Notes under the pieces: model-generated | What the model was told of the DNA's origin: nothing | Database searches by the model: none | Seen by the model: only the letters and a program-made list of their open reading frames with translations | Part shown: in pieces, positions 37,389 through 47,013 of the stretch | Layout: every line of letters starts with the position of its first letter | How positions within the stretch are numbered: position 1 is the stretch's first letter | Origin: an uncultured Gammaproteobacteria bacterium | Lineage (GTDB): Bacteria; Patescibacteriota; Patescibacteriia; Patescibacteriales; GWE2-39-37 | Direction of reading: 5' to 3' | NCBI GenBank assembly: GCA_964443495.1 | Contig: CAYUCS010000003.1 | Coordinates: 132,031 to 196,030 of the forward strand | DNA length: 64,000 nucleotides | Position numbers and translations under genes: made by a program

Positions 37389-37460
37389 TACCCCCGGCAG
37401 GAGTCGAACCTACGTAACCAGCTTAGAAGGCTGGTGTTCTATCCGTTGAACTACGGGGGC
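37389..37460 (-). tRNA. tRNA-Arg (TCT)
   Basis: GCCCCCG-TA-GTTC-AACGGATA-GAAC-A-CCAGC-CTTCTAA-GCTGG-TTAC-GTAGG-TTCGACT-CCTGC-CGGGGGT-A. 72 nt, no CCA encoded. Confidence 0.88.
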
Positions 37461-37698
37461 AAAAATGACAAATTTGCCATTTTTTTGGCAAATATTAGTC
37501 ATTAGTAATATAAATTGTAGCAAAAAAGCGCAGAAAAGTCAAAGGCTTGAAAAAAAATAGCCTTTGTGTTATGGTTTGGAAGTATTTTAATAAATAAATG
37601 ACCCTTTCTTGGACCTCGGATGCTTTGCGTATATATATGTAAGGCGCTTCTTCGGAAAAAGAGGTTACCCGATTCTCGGATAGGGACACGACAAACGA

Positions 37699-38076
37699 AT
37701 GTTGGACAAAAAAGTCAAACAGCGGATCATCCAGAAGTTCCGCACCCACGCTAACGACACCGGCTCTTCCCAGGTGCAGATCGCTATCCTGACCGAAGAG
37801 ATCGAGCGCTTGACCGAGCACCTCAAGGGCCACAAGCAGGACCATTCTTCCCGCCGCGGCCTTTTGAAGAAGGTCAACGAGCGCCGCAAATTGCTGAAGT
37901 ACTTGCAGAAGGAAGACGAGGCTGCTTTCGGCGAATTGGCCAAGAAGCTCAAGCTGAAGATCGCCAAGAAGATGATCGAGGAAGAAGAGGAGCGCAAGCG
38001 CATCGAGGAAGCCATGATGGCTGGCGATGAGCTTAAGTCGGAAGCTGAAGAAGAGGTTGTTGAGGAGGTCGCGTAA
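37699..38076 (+). CDS. rpsO: 30S ribosomal protein S15 with an acidic C-terminal extension of about 37 aa
   Basis: FRTHANDTGSSQVQIAILTEEIERLTEHLKGHKQDHSSRRGLLKKV is the S15 core. 125 aa against about 89 aa usual; the tail is EEEEERKRIEE...EAEEEVVEEVA. Confidence 0.9.
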   Translation: MLDKKVKQRIIQKFRTHANDTGSSQVQIAILTEEIERLTEHLKGHKQDHSSRRGLLKKVNERRKLLKYLQKEDEAAFGELAKKLKLKIAKKMIEEEEERKRIEEAMMAGDELKSEAEEEVVEEVA

Positions 38077-38118
38077 CCGCCCCTCTGAGGAGGATCTGCC
38101 GGAGAGCATAATATCTAT

Positions 38119-38616
38119 ATGATAAAACACAAGGAGCAACGGGTGGGGGTCTTGGTCGACGTATCGAACATGTACCATTCATCTAAAAATCTTTTCAAGC
38201 GCCGGGTCAATTACCGCGAAGTATTGAATGCCGCGGTGGCTGGGCGCAAGCTCATCCGGGCGACCGCTTACGCGGTCAAGACCGAGAGCGAAGAGGAGAT
38301 GCCTTTTTTCGAGGCCTTGTCCCAGCAGGGATTCGAGGTTAAGATGAAAGACTTGCAGATTTTCGCAGGCGGCATGAAGAAGGCTGATTGGGATGTCGGC
38401 ATCGCGATCGACGCGATCAAGCTGGCTTCCAAACTGGACGTCATCGTGCTCGTCACGGGCGACGGCGACTACATCCCATTGGTCAACTACCTGCAGAACA
38501 CTACGGGTTGCCTGGTCGAAGTGGTCGGTTTCCGCCAAACGACTTCATCGAAGTTGATCGAGGAAGCTGACGATTTCACCAACCTGAGCGAGAATAGGAA
38601 ATTCTTATTGCGATAG
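38119..38616 (+). CDS. NYN-domain (LabA/DUF88-like) putative ribonuclease
   Basis: VGVLVDVSNMY ... LVTGDGDYIPLV. These are the acidic residues typical of the NYN/PIN-like fold. Confidence 0.8.
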   Translation: MIKHKEQRVGVLVDVSNMYHSSKNLFKRRVNYREVLNAAVAGRKLIRATAYAVKTESEEEMPFFEALSQQGFEVKMKDLQIFAGGMKKADWDVGIAIDAIKLASKLDVIVLVTGDGDYIPLVNYLQNTTGCLVEVVGFRQTTSSKLIEEADDFTNLSENRKFLLR

Positions 38617-38630
38617 CATAGACACAAAAG

Positions 38631-38654
38631 GAGGGGCGGCTTTTGCCGCCCCTC
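38631..38654 (+). terminator. GC hairpin after the NYN gene (no clear U-tract)
   Basis: GAGGGGCGGC-TTTT-GCCGCCCCTC. Confidence 0.45.
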
Positions 38655-38768
38655 TGTCGCGTAATCAGTTAATTAAAATATTAAATTAACGCTTGGCTGG
38701 CAAACAGATAGTGCTGTGGGTTATGACTCATAGTCCTGTAGTTTGTCGGCCAAGCCGAAAAAGAAAGT

Positions 38769-41063
38769 ATGTCACAAGAAAAAGTGCTTAGCACCGAATG
38801 GCTCGGCCGCACCCTGACGATCAAGACCGGCAAATTGGCCAAGCAGGCCACTGCCGCAGTCACTGTCCAGTACGGCGAGACCATGGTTTTGGCGACTGTC
38901 GTCGAGGCCAAAGAGGAGCGCATGGTGGATTTCTTTCCGCTGACCGTCGAGCTTGAAGAGCGATTGTATGCCGCTGGCATCATCAAGGGCTCTCGCTGGC
39001 TGAAGCGCGAAGGTCGTCCGACCGAAGACGCGGTCCTGACCGGACGCATGATCGACCGCTCGATCCGCCCGCTGTTTTCCGATGATTCGCGCAAGGATGT
39101 GCAGATCATCATCACCGTCCTTTCGGCGGACCAGGAGAACGATCACGATATCATCTCGTTGATCGCCGCTTCGACCGTGCTGTCGATTTCCGGCTTGAAA
39201 TGGAACGGCCCGATCGGCGGCATCCGCGTCGGACGCGTCGAAGGCAAGCTGGTGCTTAATCCGACCTATGCCGAGCGCGAGAATAGCGACCTGGACCTGA
39301 TCGTCGCCGGCACCGCCAAGCGCACGGTTATGATCGAGGCTGGCGCCAAGGAAATTACCGAGGATGACGCGCTTGCCGCGATCATGCTGGGCCAGCGCGA
39401 AATGCAGCCGGCTGTCGAATTGATCGAGAAGTTCAAGGGCCTGATCGAGGCTCGTCCGTTCGCGGAAAAGAAGAAATTGGTCCATCCGGAAGAGCTGGAA
39501 GCGGAAAAGGAATTTGAAAAAGTTTTGGCTACCGCCCAGGAATGGCTGGACCAGAACGTGAAGAATATCTTGTTCGACAAAGAGCTCAATTCCAAGGGGC
39601 AGCGCAAGGCGGCGGTCGGCGAATTGAAGGACCGCCTGGATATCTATCTGTTCGAGCAGGGCATCGGCAAGGACCGCCGCAACAAGGCGATCAACAAGCT
39701 GCTCTTCCCGGCCATCGAGGCCGAGGTGACTCGCGCCATCCTGGAAGAGGGCAAGCGCGTCGATGGCCGCGGCATCGAAGAGATCCGCTCGCTGACCTCC
39801 GAGGTGGCCTTGCTGCCGCGCACCCATGGCTCCGGCCTGTTCTCCCGCGGCGAAACCCAGGTCTTGTCCGTCGCCACTTTGGGCGCGCCGGGACTTGAGC
39901 AGAATCTCGAAGGTATCGAAGGCGCCGGCACCAAGAGCTATATGCATCACTATAACTTCCCGCCGTTCTCGGTCGGCGAAGTCAAGAATATCGGCGTGCC
40001 GAGCCGCCGCGACATCGGCCACGGCGCTTTGGCAGAAAAGGCTTTGCTGCCAGTCTTGCCGGCCCGCGAAGAATTCCCGTACACTATCCGTGTCGTTTCG
40101 GAAACCCTCGGCTCTAACGGCTCATCCTCGATGGGCGCGACCTGCGGTTCGACTTTGGCCCTGATGGATGCCGGCGTGCCGATCAAGAAGCCGGTTGCCG
40201 GCGTCGCCATCGGCTTGGCCTCCAATCATGACATGAGCAAATGGCAAGTGCTGACCGACATCCAGGATTTGGAAGACGGCGAAGGCGGCATGGATTTCAA
40301 AGTCACCGGCACCGACGAGGGCATCACCGCCATCCAGTTGGACACCAAGACTATCGGTTTGGACGAGGCTATCATCAAGGAAGCTTTACGCCAAGGCAGG
40401 AACGGCCGCTTGAAGATCCTTGAAGTCATCAAGGAGGCGATTCCGGCCGTGCGTCCGGAATTGTCGCAGTACGCTCCGCGCATCGTCAGCTTCCATATCA
40501 ATCCTGACAAGATCCGCGACGTCATCGGTTCCGGCGGCAAGGTGATCAACGAGATCATCGCGGCCACCGGCGTTTCGATCGATATCGAGGATGACGGCTT
40601 GGTCATGGTTTGCGGCAATGATGCCGAACGCTCCAAGCAGGCAATCGAGTGGATCAAGAACATCGCTCGCGAGTACGAAGTCGGCGAAGTGTTGACCGGT
40701 ACGGTCGTCCGCATGCTCGACTTCGGCGCTTTCGTCGAGATCGGTCCGAAGACCGACGGCATGGTTCATGTTTCACAACTGGCCCCATACCGCATCGGCA
40801 AGCCGGAAGACTTCTTGAGCGTCGGTGATACCGTTACTGTGAAGATCAAGGAAGTCGATGAGAAAGGTCGCATCAATCTGACCATGCTTGGCTTGCCCGA
40901 GAACGAAGCTTTGTGGAAAGAAGAGAAGGGCAAGGCTTCAGGCGAGGGCGGAGGCTTCAGCCGCGGTTTCGAACGCCGAGGCAATGACCGAGGCGGCGAC
41001 CGCCGCGGAGGCGACCGGCCATACAATGACCGCCCAAGACCGCCACGTCCCCCAATGATGTAA
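38769..41063 (+). CDS. pnp: Polyribonucleotide nucleotidyltransferase (PNPase) with an Arg/Gly-rich C-terminal tail
   Basis: Two RNase PH domains, KH and S1 (GEVLTGTVVRMLDFGAFVEI). Tail GEGGGFSRGFERRGNDRGGDRRGGDRPYNDRPRPPRPPMM. Confidence 0.95.
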   Translation: MSQEKVLSTEWLGRTLTIKTGKLAKQATAAVTVQYGETMVLATVVEAKEERMVDFFPLTVELEERLYAAGIIKGSRWLKREGRPTEDAVLTGRMIDRSIRPLFSDDSRKDVQIIITVLSADQENDHDIISLIAASTVLSISGLKWNGPIGGIRVGRVEGKLVLNPTYAERENSDLDLIVAGTAKRTVMIEAGAKEITEDDALAAIMLGQREMQPAVELIEKFKGLIEARPFAEKKKLVHPEELEAEKEFEKVLATAQEWLDQNVKNILFDKELNSKGQRKAAVGELKDRLDIYLFEQGIGKDRRNKAINKLLFPAIEAEVTRAILEEGKRVDGRGIEEIRSLTSEVALLPRTHGSGLFSRGETQVLSVATLGAPGLEQNLEGIEGAGTKSYMHHYNFPPFSVGEVKNIGVPSRRDIGHGALAEKALLPVLPAREEFPYTIRVVSETLGSNGSSSMGATCGSTLALMDAGVPIKKPVAGVAIGLASNHDMSKWQVLTDIQDLEDGEGGMDFKVTGTDEGITAIQLDTKTIGLDEAIIKEALRQGRNGRLKILEVIKEAIPAVRPELSQYAPRIVSFHINPDKIRDVIGSGGKVINEIIAATGVSIDIEDDGLVMVCGNDAERSKQAIEWIKNIAREYEVGEVLTGTVVRMLDFGAFVEIGPKTDGMVHVSQLAPYRIGKPEDFLSVGDTVTVKIKEVDEKGRINLTMLGLPENEALWKEEKGKASGEGGGFSRGFERRGNDRGGDRRGGDRPYNDRPRPPRPPMM

Positions 41064-41077
41064 TTTTGCAGATATGA

Positions 41078-41110
41078 AACGCCGCCGGCAATTTGCTGGC
41101 GGCGTTTTTG
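41078..41110 (+). terminator. Rho-independent terminator of pnp
   Basis: AACGCCGCCGGCA-ATT-TGCTGGCGGCGTT followed by TTTG. Confidence 0.8.
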
Positions 41111-41256
41111 ATACTAAGAAACCCGAGTTATTAGTTGGGTAAAAGACTTTGGTTCATCACACTTGACGGGAGCATTTTCTGGTGTTAGATTAGTAAAATC
41201 TTGAACATTTTTATCCGGCGCCAGAGTGCGCCATAACCTGCACTATGGAGGTGTTT

Positions 41257-41688
41257 ATGGCAAGGGAAAAGACACGCGAGTTGGAGTTTAACCGGAATCC
41301 TTTCACTTTTGTGGGAGGCGAAGAATTCACCGTAGCGGACTTGATGCCCGAAGTCGATGATGACGAGGCGGCAGCCAAGCCGCGACACAGCTCGAGTCTG
41401 GATTACCCTCTTTACGATCAGACGATCGAAGAGGCGTATGTCGAGCCCAAAAAGGGCAACAAGGGCAAAGGGCCGGCAGACATGATGGATTACGTTTCAT
41501 GTCGTGAGAACGAAATCGACATCGAAGAGGTTCCCGACCCTGTTTCAGTCCGGTTAGGGCAAACGGTGAGATTCGTGATCATGAAAAACGTCAAAAGATA
41601 TCGCCGGCTACTGAAGCGGACGATAGAAAGCGCCAAAAGGCGCGAACTTCCTGACGGCAGGGTCATTCTGGTGCTTAAGCACGCTTGA
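41257..41688 (+). CDS. Hypothetical protein
   Basis: GGAGG lies 5 nt before ATG 41257 (the ORF-track frame starts at 41245). 143 aa with an acidic middle and a basic C-terminus. No family recognised. Confidence 0.5.
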   Translation: MAREKTRELEFNRNPFTFVGGEEFTVADLMPEVDDDEAAAKPRHSSSLDYPLYDQTIEEAYVEPKKGNKGKGPADMMDYVSCRENEIDIEEVPDPVSVRLGQTVRFVIMKNVKRYRRLLKRTIESAKRRELPDGRVILVLKHA

Positions 41689-41772
41689 GCCGCTTATTTC
41701 AATGCAAGTTAAAAGGCCATCTCCGGATGGCCTTTTCAATTTATGAAGAAGTGGGAGGTTTTTGCTTAAAGT

Positions 41773-41801
41773 TTGACAAATTTGCGCTATACTGGTAGTA
41801 T
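41773..41801 (+). promoter_or_regulatory. Sigma70-like promoter upstream of nusA
   Basis: TTGACA (41773-41778), 17 nt, TAGTAT (41796-41801). Confidence 0.5.
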
Positions 41802-41880
41802 ATGGGTAGGCTAGTTGTATAAATACAATTAGCTTTTTTTCTACCCAAGCATTTTAATAAATTATTTAAATATAAAATTC

Positions 41881-43053
41881 ATGTCAGATATCAGCAATGC
41901 TATCAAACAGATTTGCGAAGAGAAGGGCTTGAGCTATGAGGCCGTTTTAGAGACGGTCGAATCGGCTTTGGCTGCCGCTTATCGCAAAGACTTCGGTGAA
42001 AAGAATCAGAACATCAAAGTCGAATTCGACCCGGAAACCGGCAAGTCGAAGGTTTATGACGTAAAGTTGGTCGTCGAAGACCTGCCTGAAGAGGAGTTGG
42101 TCGAGGGCGAAGAAGAGGTCGTCGAGGAATACGTCGAGGGCGAAGAGGGTGAAAAGAAGTTCAATCCGAAGACTGAGCTCCAGATCAAGGATGCGAAATT
42201 GATCAAGAAGACCGTCAAGATCGGCGACGAGCTCCGCATCAAGCTCGAACCGCCGGCTTCTTATGGCCGCATGGCCGCTCAGACTGCTAAGCAGGTCATC
42301 ATCCAGCGCTTGCGCGAGGCCGAGCGCGACATGGTCTTCTCCGAGTTCAAGGACAAGGAGCATGAGGTCGTCGGCGGCGTGGTTCAGCGCCGCGAAGGAG
42401 GCGTAGTCTTTGTCGACCTGGGCAAGGCTATCGGCATCTTGTTGCCGGACGAGCAGATCCATGGCGAGCGCTACAATATCGGCGATCGCGTCAAAGTTTA
42501 CGTCAAAGAGGTGCGCCTCTCTTCCAAGGGGCCGGAAATCGTCCTGTCCCGCACCTCTGACGAGATTCTTAAGAAAGTATTCTATCTTGAAATCCCTGAA
42601 ATATCGAACGGCCTGATCGAAATCAAGTCGGTCGCGCGCGAGGCTGGCCATCGCTCCAAAGTGGCCGTCTACACCAGTTCCGACAAAGTCGATCCGATCG
42701 GCTCATGCGTCGGCCAGCGCGGCGCTCGCATCCAGACCATCATCCAGGAATTGGGCGGCGAGAAAGTAGATATCATCAGCTATGACGAAGATGCGTCACG
42801 CTTCATCGCCAACGCCCTGGCCCCGGCCAAGATCGTCAGCGTCGAAGTCAATGACGAGGATCGCCGAGCTGTGGTGACCGTGGCAGAAGACCAATTGTCG
42901 CTGGCTATCGGCAAGGGCGGCCAGAATGCCCGCTTGGCCGCGCACCTGACCGGCTGGAAGATTGACATCGTGACGAATGGCCAGTCCGCACCTGTGGCAG
43001 CCGAGGAGGCCGCAGAAGAGATCGATGAAGAAGAAGTTAGCGAGGAGGAATAA
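41881..43053 (+). CDS. nusA: Transcription termination/antitermination factor NusA (no AR1/AR2; acidic insert and tail)
   Basis: N-terminal domain, S1 (VVGGVVQRREGGVVFVDLG) and two KH domains (GSCVGQRGARIQ, AIGKGGQNARLA). Acidic insert EEELVEGEEEVVEEYVEGEEGE. Confidence 0.93.
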   Translation: MSDISNAIKQICEEKGLSYEAVLETVESALAAAYRKDFGEKNQNIKVEFDPETGKSKVYDVKLVVEDLPEEELVEGEEEVVEEYVEGEEGEKKFNPKTELQIKDAKLIKKTVKIGDELRIKLEPPASYGRMAAQTAKQVIIQRLREAERDMVFSEFKDKEHEVVGGVVQRREGGVVFVDLGKAIGILLPDEQIHGERYNIGDRVKVYVKEVRLSSKGPEIVLSRTSDEILKKVFYLEIPEISNGLIEIKSVAREAGHRSKVAVYTSSDKVDPIGSCVGQRGARIQTIIQELGGEKVDIISYDEDASRFIANALAPAKIVSVEVNDEDRRAVVTVAEDQLSLAIGKGGQNARLAAHLTGWKIDIVTNGQSAPVAAEEAAEEIDEEEVSEEE

Positions 43054-43081
43054 TTAATAATAATAAACTCCAAAGAAATCT

Positions 43082-45106
43082 ATGACCATCGGATTAATCT
43101 TGGGAAGCGCGCTGTTAGCCATCGTTTATGGCGCAGTGCTCATCAAAATGGTTACCAAGCTGTCTGCGGGTAACGAAAAGATGCAGGATATCGCCAAGGC
43201 GATACAGGAGGGTGCGCGGGCTTACCTTAACCGCCAGTACAAGACCGTAGCTGCAGTGGCAGCCGTCTTGTTCGTCGTCATCGGCTTCGTGCCGAGCTTG
43301 GGCTGGAAGACGGCTATCGCCTTTATCATCGGCGCAGCATTGTCTGCTTTGACCGGTTACATCGGCATGAACGTCTCGGTCCGTGCCAACGTCCGCACGG
43401 CTGAAGCCGCTCGCGGCGGCATGCAGAAGGCGCTTGATGTCGCTTTCCGCGGCGGCAGCGTCACCGGCTTGCTAGTAGTAGGCTTGGGCCTTTTGGGCAC
43501 AGCCGGCTTCTATTTCGTTACCAAGGACACCCACGCCTTGATCGGCTTGGGCTTCGGCGGTTCGTTGATTTCCATATTCGCGCGTCTCGGCGGCGGTATC
43601 TTCACCAAAGCTGCTGACGTCGGCGCCGACCTGGTCGGCAAAGTCGAGGCAGGCATCCCGGAAGATGATCCGCGCAATCCGGCCGTCATCGCCGATAACG
43701 TCGGCGATAACGTCGGTGACTGCGCCGGCATGGCCGCCGACCTGTTCGAAACCTATGCCGTGACCTCGGTCGCTACCATGGTTCTCGGCTCGCTGATGTT
43801 CAGCAAGATGGATAATGTCGATAATATCGTCCTTTACCCGCTGGTCTTGGGCGCGATCTCGATCGTCACTTCCATCATCGGCACCTTTTTCGTCAAATTG
43901 GGCAAGAGCAACAACATCATGGGCGCTTTGTACAAAGGCCTGATCGTGGCTGGCGTTTTGGCTGCCGCGGCCTTTTACCCGGTTACCAAATATATCCTGG
44001 GCAGCTCGATCATCACTGATGCCGGCCTGGAAATCACCACGATCAACATCTACCTCGCTTCGTTGATCGGCTTGGCCGTTACCGCAGCCATGGTTGTTAT
44101 TACCGAGTATTATACTTCGACCAAATATTCCCCGGTCAAAGATATTGCCAAGTCTTCCGAAACCGGCCATGGCACCAATATCATCACCGGCTTGGCCGTG
44201 TCGATGAAATCGACAGCCGCTCCGGTTATCGTAATCGTCGCCGCTATCTTGGGCGCTTTCTTCTTGGCTGGCATTTACGGCGTGGCCGTAGCGGCCATGG
44301 CCATGCTTTCGATGGCTGGCATCATCGTCGCTATCGATTCCTATGGTCCGATCACTGACAATGCCGGCGGCATCGCCGAGATGGCGGAGATGGGCGACGA
44401 TGTGCGCAACATCACCGACCCGTTGGACGCGGTCGGTAACACTACCAAGGCCGTGACCAAGGGGTATGCCATCGGTTCAGCCGCCTTGGCCGCGCTGGTC
44501 TTGTTTGCTGATTTCACTCACAGCCTGACCGCTGTTTCAGGAAAGGAATTCACGTTCATGATCGATAATCCCTTCGTCTTGGCCGGCTTGCTGATCGGCG
44601 GCCTCTTGCCGTATTACTTCGGCGCTTTGTCGATGCAGGCCGTCGGCCGCGCAGCCGGCGCCGTAGTCGAGGAAGTTCGCCGCCAATTCAAGGAGAAGCC
44701 GGGCATCATGCAGGGCACTGACAAGCCGGACTACGGCAAGACCGTGGATATTGTCACCAAGGCAGCCATCAGCGAGATGGTTATCCCAGCCTTGATTCCG
44801 GTGGTCGCTCCGATCTTGGTCGGCTTGTTCCTGGGCATCGAAGCCTTGGGCGGACTTTTGGTCGGCTCGATCATCACCGGCATCTTCGTCGCCATCTCGA
44901 TGACTTCAGGCGGCGGTGCTTGGGATAATGCCAAGAAATATATCGAAGAGGGCAATCATGGCGGCAAGGGCAGCTTCGCCCATCAGGCAGCCGTGACTGG
45001 CGATACGGTCGGCGATCCATACAAGGATACCGCCGGCCCGGCAATCAATCCGATGATCAAGATCATCAATATCGTCGCCTTGCTCATCATCGGTCTTTTA
45101 GTCTAG
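43082..45106 (+). CDS. hppA: Membrane-bound H+-translocating pyrophosphatase, K+-independent type
   Basis: [29 protein letters not shown] and [20 protein letters not shown] carries the Lys that marks the K+-independent subfamily. Confidence 0.93.
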   Translation: MTIGLILGSALLAIVYGAVLIKMVTKLSAGNEKMQDIAKAIQEGARAYLNRQYKTVAAVAAVLFVVIGFVPSLGWKTAIAFIIGAALSALTGYIGMNVSVRANVRTAEAARGGMQKALDVAFRGGSVTGLLVVGLGLLGTAGFYFVTKDTHALIGLGFGGSLISIFARLGGGIFTKAADVGADLVGKVEAGIPEDDPRNPAVIADNVGDNVGDCAGMAADLFETYAVTSVATMVLGSLMFSKMDNVDNIVLYPLVLGAISIVTSIIGTFFVKLGKSNNIMGALYKGLIVAGVLAAAAFYPVTKYILGSSIITDAGLEITTINIYLASLIGLAVTAAMVVITEYYTSTKYSPVKDIAKSSETGHGTNIITGLAVSMKSTAAPVIVIVAAILGAFFLAGIYGVAVAAMAMLSMAGIIVAIDSYGPITDNAGGIAEMAEMGDDVRNITDPLDAVGNTTKAVTKGYAIGSAALAALVLFADFTHSLTAVSGKEFTFMIDNPFVLAGLLIGGLLPYYFGALSMQAVGRAAGAVVEEVRRQFKEKPGIMQGTDKPDYGKTVDIVTKAAISEMVIPALIPVVAPILVGLFLGIEALGGLLVGSIITGIFVAISMTSGGGAWDNAKKYIEEGNHGGKGSFAHQAAVTGDTVGDPYKDTAGPAINPMIKIINIVALLIIGLLV

Positions 45107-45220
45107 ATTTCGAGTTTTGATAGAGGCCGCAATCTCTTGTGGCCTCGCTTGAAAGCTCGAAGCTTTTGTTCATTTTTCAACCAGCCATCATGGCTGGAAT
45201 TACACACGGAGGTAATGCGT

Positions 45221-45586
45221 ATGGCAAACAACAGTGGTCATCGTGATCGCAGGGAGCCGCGGAAGCAAAAGGCCGCCCTTAACCGGGTAATCGGCACGTC
45301 GCACAGCGAGGACGTCGTTCTGAAGGAAGAACAAACACCTGGTATCTGTTGCGGCGGCAGTTGCGGCAAACGTTCTGTCCACACGACCGCGAATCTTCAG
45401 AAGTACCGGATAAAGATCTATTGTTGCACGTCCAAGACTTGCCAGCTCAAGGTTCGCGACCTGATCAACGAACAGGTCAGTCTTCAGAAGAGGCTCGCCA
45501 AAGAGCCGTCATTGCAGCCGATCGGCAGGCCGTTGTCCACGATCAACAGGATAGCAACACCGCAGGCCGGCGCATATGCCGTGTAA
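45221..45586 (+). CDS. Small Cys-rich protein, paralog of 2932..3219
   Basis: GGAGG (45208-45212) lies 8 nt before ATG 45221. ICCGGSCGKRSVH...KYRIKIYCCTSKTCQ parallels GLPGCKKVATH...KMKVAIRCCTNPECQ. Confidence 0.5.
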   Translation: MANNSGHRDRREPRKQKAALNRVIGTSHSEDVVLKEEQTPGICCGGSCGKRSVHTTANLQKYRIKIYCCTSKTCQLKVRDLINEQVSLQKRLAKEPSLQPIGRPLSTINRIATPQAGAYAV

Positions 45587-45602
45587 TCGCGCTTAGCGCA
45601 AA

Positions 45603-45632
45603 TCGGGGAGGAAGCAGGTTTTCCTCCCCGCT
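45603..45632 (+). terminator. Hairpin terminator
   Basis: CGGGGAGGAA-GCAGGTTT-TCCTCCCCG. Confidence 0.55.
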
Positions 45633-45659
45633 CTCGTTAATAATTATTTTAAAATATTT

Positions 45660-46946
45660 ATGAAAACCGAACGCAAAGACTTAGAAAAAGGGCAGATCGA
45701 ATTGTCGATCGAAGTCCCGGCCGAAGAGGTCAAGAAATATCTACCGCGAGCAGTCGAAAAGTTGTCCAGCGAAATAAAGATCGAGGGTTTCCGTCCGGGC
45801 AAAGCTTCTTTTGAGGCGCTTAAGCTCAAGGTGGGCGAACTGCCGATTTATGAAGAGGCGGCGCGCCTGGTCATCAACAAGACCTTGGACAAGATTTTAG
45901 AAACCGAGATCAAGGAAACTATCATCGGCCAGCCGGAAGTCAGCATCACCAAGCTGGCTCCAGATAATCCTCTCGAGTACAAGGTAATTGTCACCAAGCT
46001 GCCCGAAGTAACCTTGGGCCAGTACAAAGACTTGGGAATCAAGCAGGAGAAAATCAAGGTGGATGAAGAAGATGTCACTAAGCTGCTTTCCGAATTGCGC
46101 GAGATGCGGGTCAAAGAAGTAATCAGCGAAGACGCTATTAGCGAGATCGGCAAGGCAGTGATCGATATCAATATGTCGATCGACAACGTGCCGGTCGAAG
46201 GCGGACAGGCGAAGGACACGGCCGTCATCATGGGCAAGGGCTACGTCGTTCCTGGCTTTGACAAGCAGCTGATCGGCGCCAAGAAAGGCGACGAGCGCAC
46301 TTTTGCCCTGCATTTTCCGGAAAATCATCATCAGAAGAATCTTGCCGGCAAGATGGTCGACTTCGTAGTAAAAATTAAAGATGTGTATAAGCGCGAACTG
46401 CCTGAATTGGATGACCAATTCGCGGTCGATTTCGGGGCGCGCACGATCGAGCTCCTAAAGGAGGATATCAAGAAATCGATCGAAAAAGAGAAAGAGCAGC
46501 AGGCTGGGCAAAAGACGGAAATCGAGCTGTTGAACAAGCTGATTGATACGAGCAAGTTCGGCGATATCCCGCAGCAACTGGTCGAGCGCGAAACGCATAC
46601 TATGCTGCACGAGCTTGAGCATGACGTCGAGCATCAAGGCGCCAACTTCGACGACTACTTGTCGAGCCTGAAGAAGACCAGGGCCCAACTGATGTTGGAT
46701 ATGACTCCGGATGCGATGAAGCGGGTCAAGTCGGCTTTGATCATCCGTCAGATCGCCATCGATGAAAAGATCAAGGTTGAGAAGGAGGAAATCGAAGAAG
46801 AGATCCGCCACATCTTGAGCCATTATCCGAATAATCCGGAGGTGGCCGAGCGGGTCAATTCGCACGATTATTATCACTACCTGGAAAATTCAATGACCAA
46901 TCGTAAAGTCGTAAAGAAGCTGCATGATTGGAATGTGAAAAAGTAG
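45660..46946 (+). CDS. tig: Trigger factor
   Basis: N-terminal ribosome-binding GFRPGKA motif, central FKBP-type PPIase region, and a C-terminal helical arm domain. 428 aa. Confidence 0.92.
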   Translation: MKTERKDLEKGQIELSIEVPAEEVKKYLPRAVEKLSSEIKIEGFRPGKASFEALKLKVGELPIYEEAARLVINKTLDKILETEIKETIIGQPEVSITKLAPDNPLEYKVIVTKLPEVTLGQYKDLGIKQEKIKVDEEDVTKLLSELREMRVKEVISEDAISEIGKAVIDINMSIDNVPVEGGQAKDTAVIMGKGYVVPGFDKQLIGAKKGDERTFALHFPENHHQKNLAGKMVDFVVKIKDVYKRELPELDDQFAVDFGARTIELLKEDIKKSIEKEKEQQAGQKTEIELLNKLIDTSKFGDIPQQLVERETHTMLHELEHDVEHQGANFDDYLSSLKKTRAQLMLDMTPDAMKRVKSALIIRQIAIDEKIKVEKEEIEEEIRHILSHYPNNPEVAERVNSHDYYHYLENSMTNRKVVKKLHDWNVKK

Positions 46947-46965
46947 GAGGGTTCGAAATATAAAA

Positions 46966-46995
46966 ATATCCCCAGAGAATGGGGATATTTTTTTG
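46966..46995 (+). terminator. Rho-independent terminator of tig
   Basis: ATATCCCC-AGAGAAT-GGGGATAT followed by TTTTTTT. Confidence 0.85.
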
Positions 46996-47013
46996 TTTGT
47001 GCAGTTTCGCCTC

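Noticed and set aside
37541-37575. Promoter call TTGAAA-17-TATGGT upstream of rpsO
   Set aside because: The same bases form a hairpin (AAAGGCT...AGCCTTT) and the -10 is weak. The evidence is too ambiguous to list as a feature.
38772-40022. 416-aa ORF on the minus strand
   Set aside because: It lies entirely antisense to pnp, whose product has unambiguous PNPase domains. The ORF is an artefact of high GC and stop-poor antisense frames, and its composition is Arg/Ala/Gly-rich.
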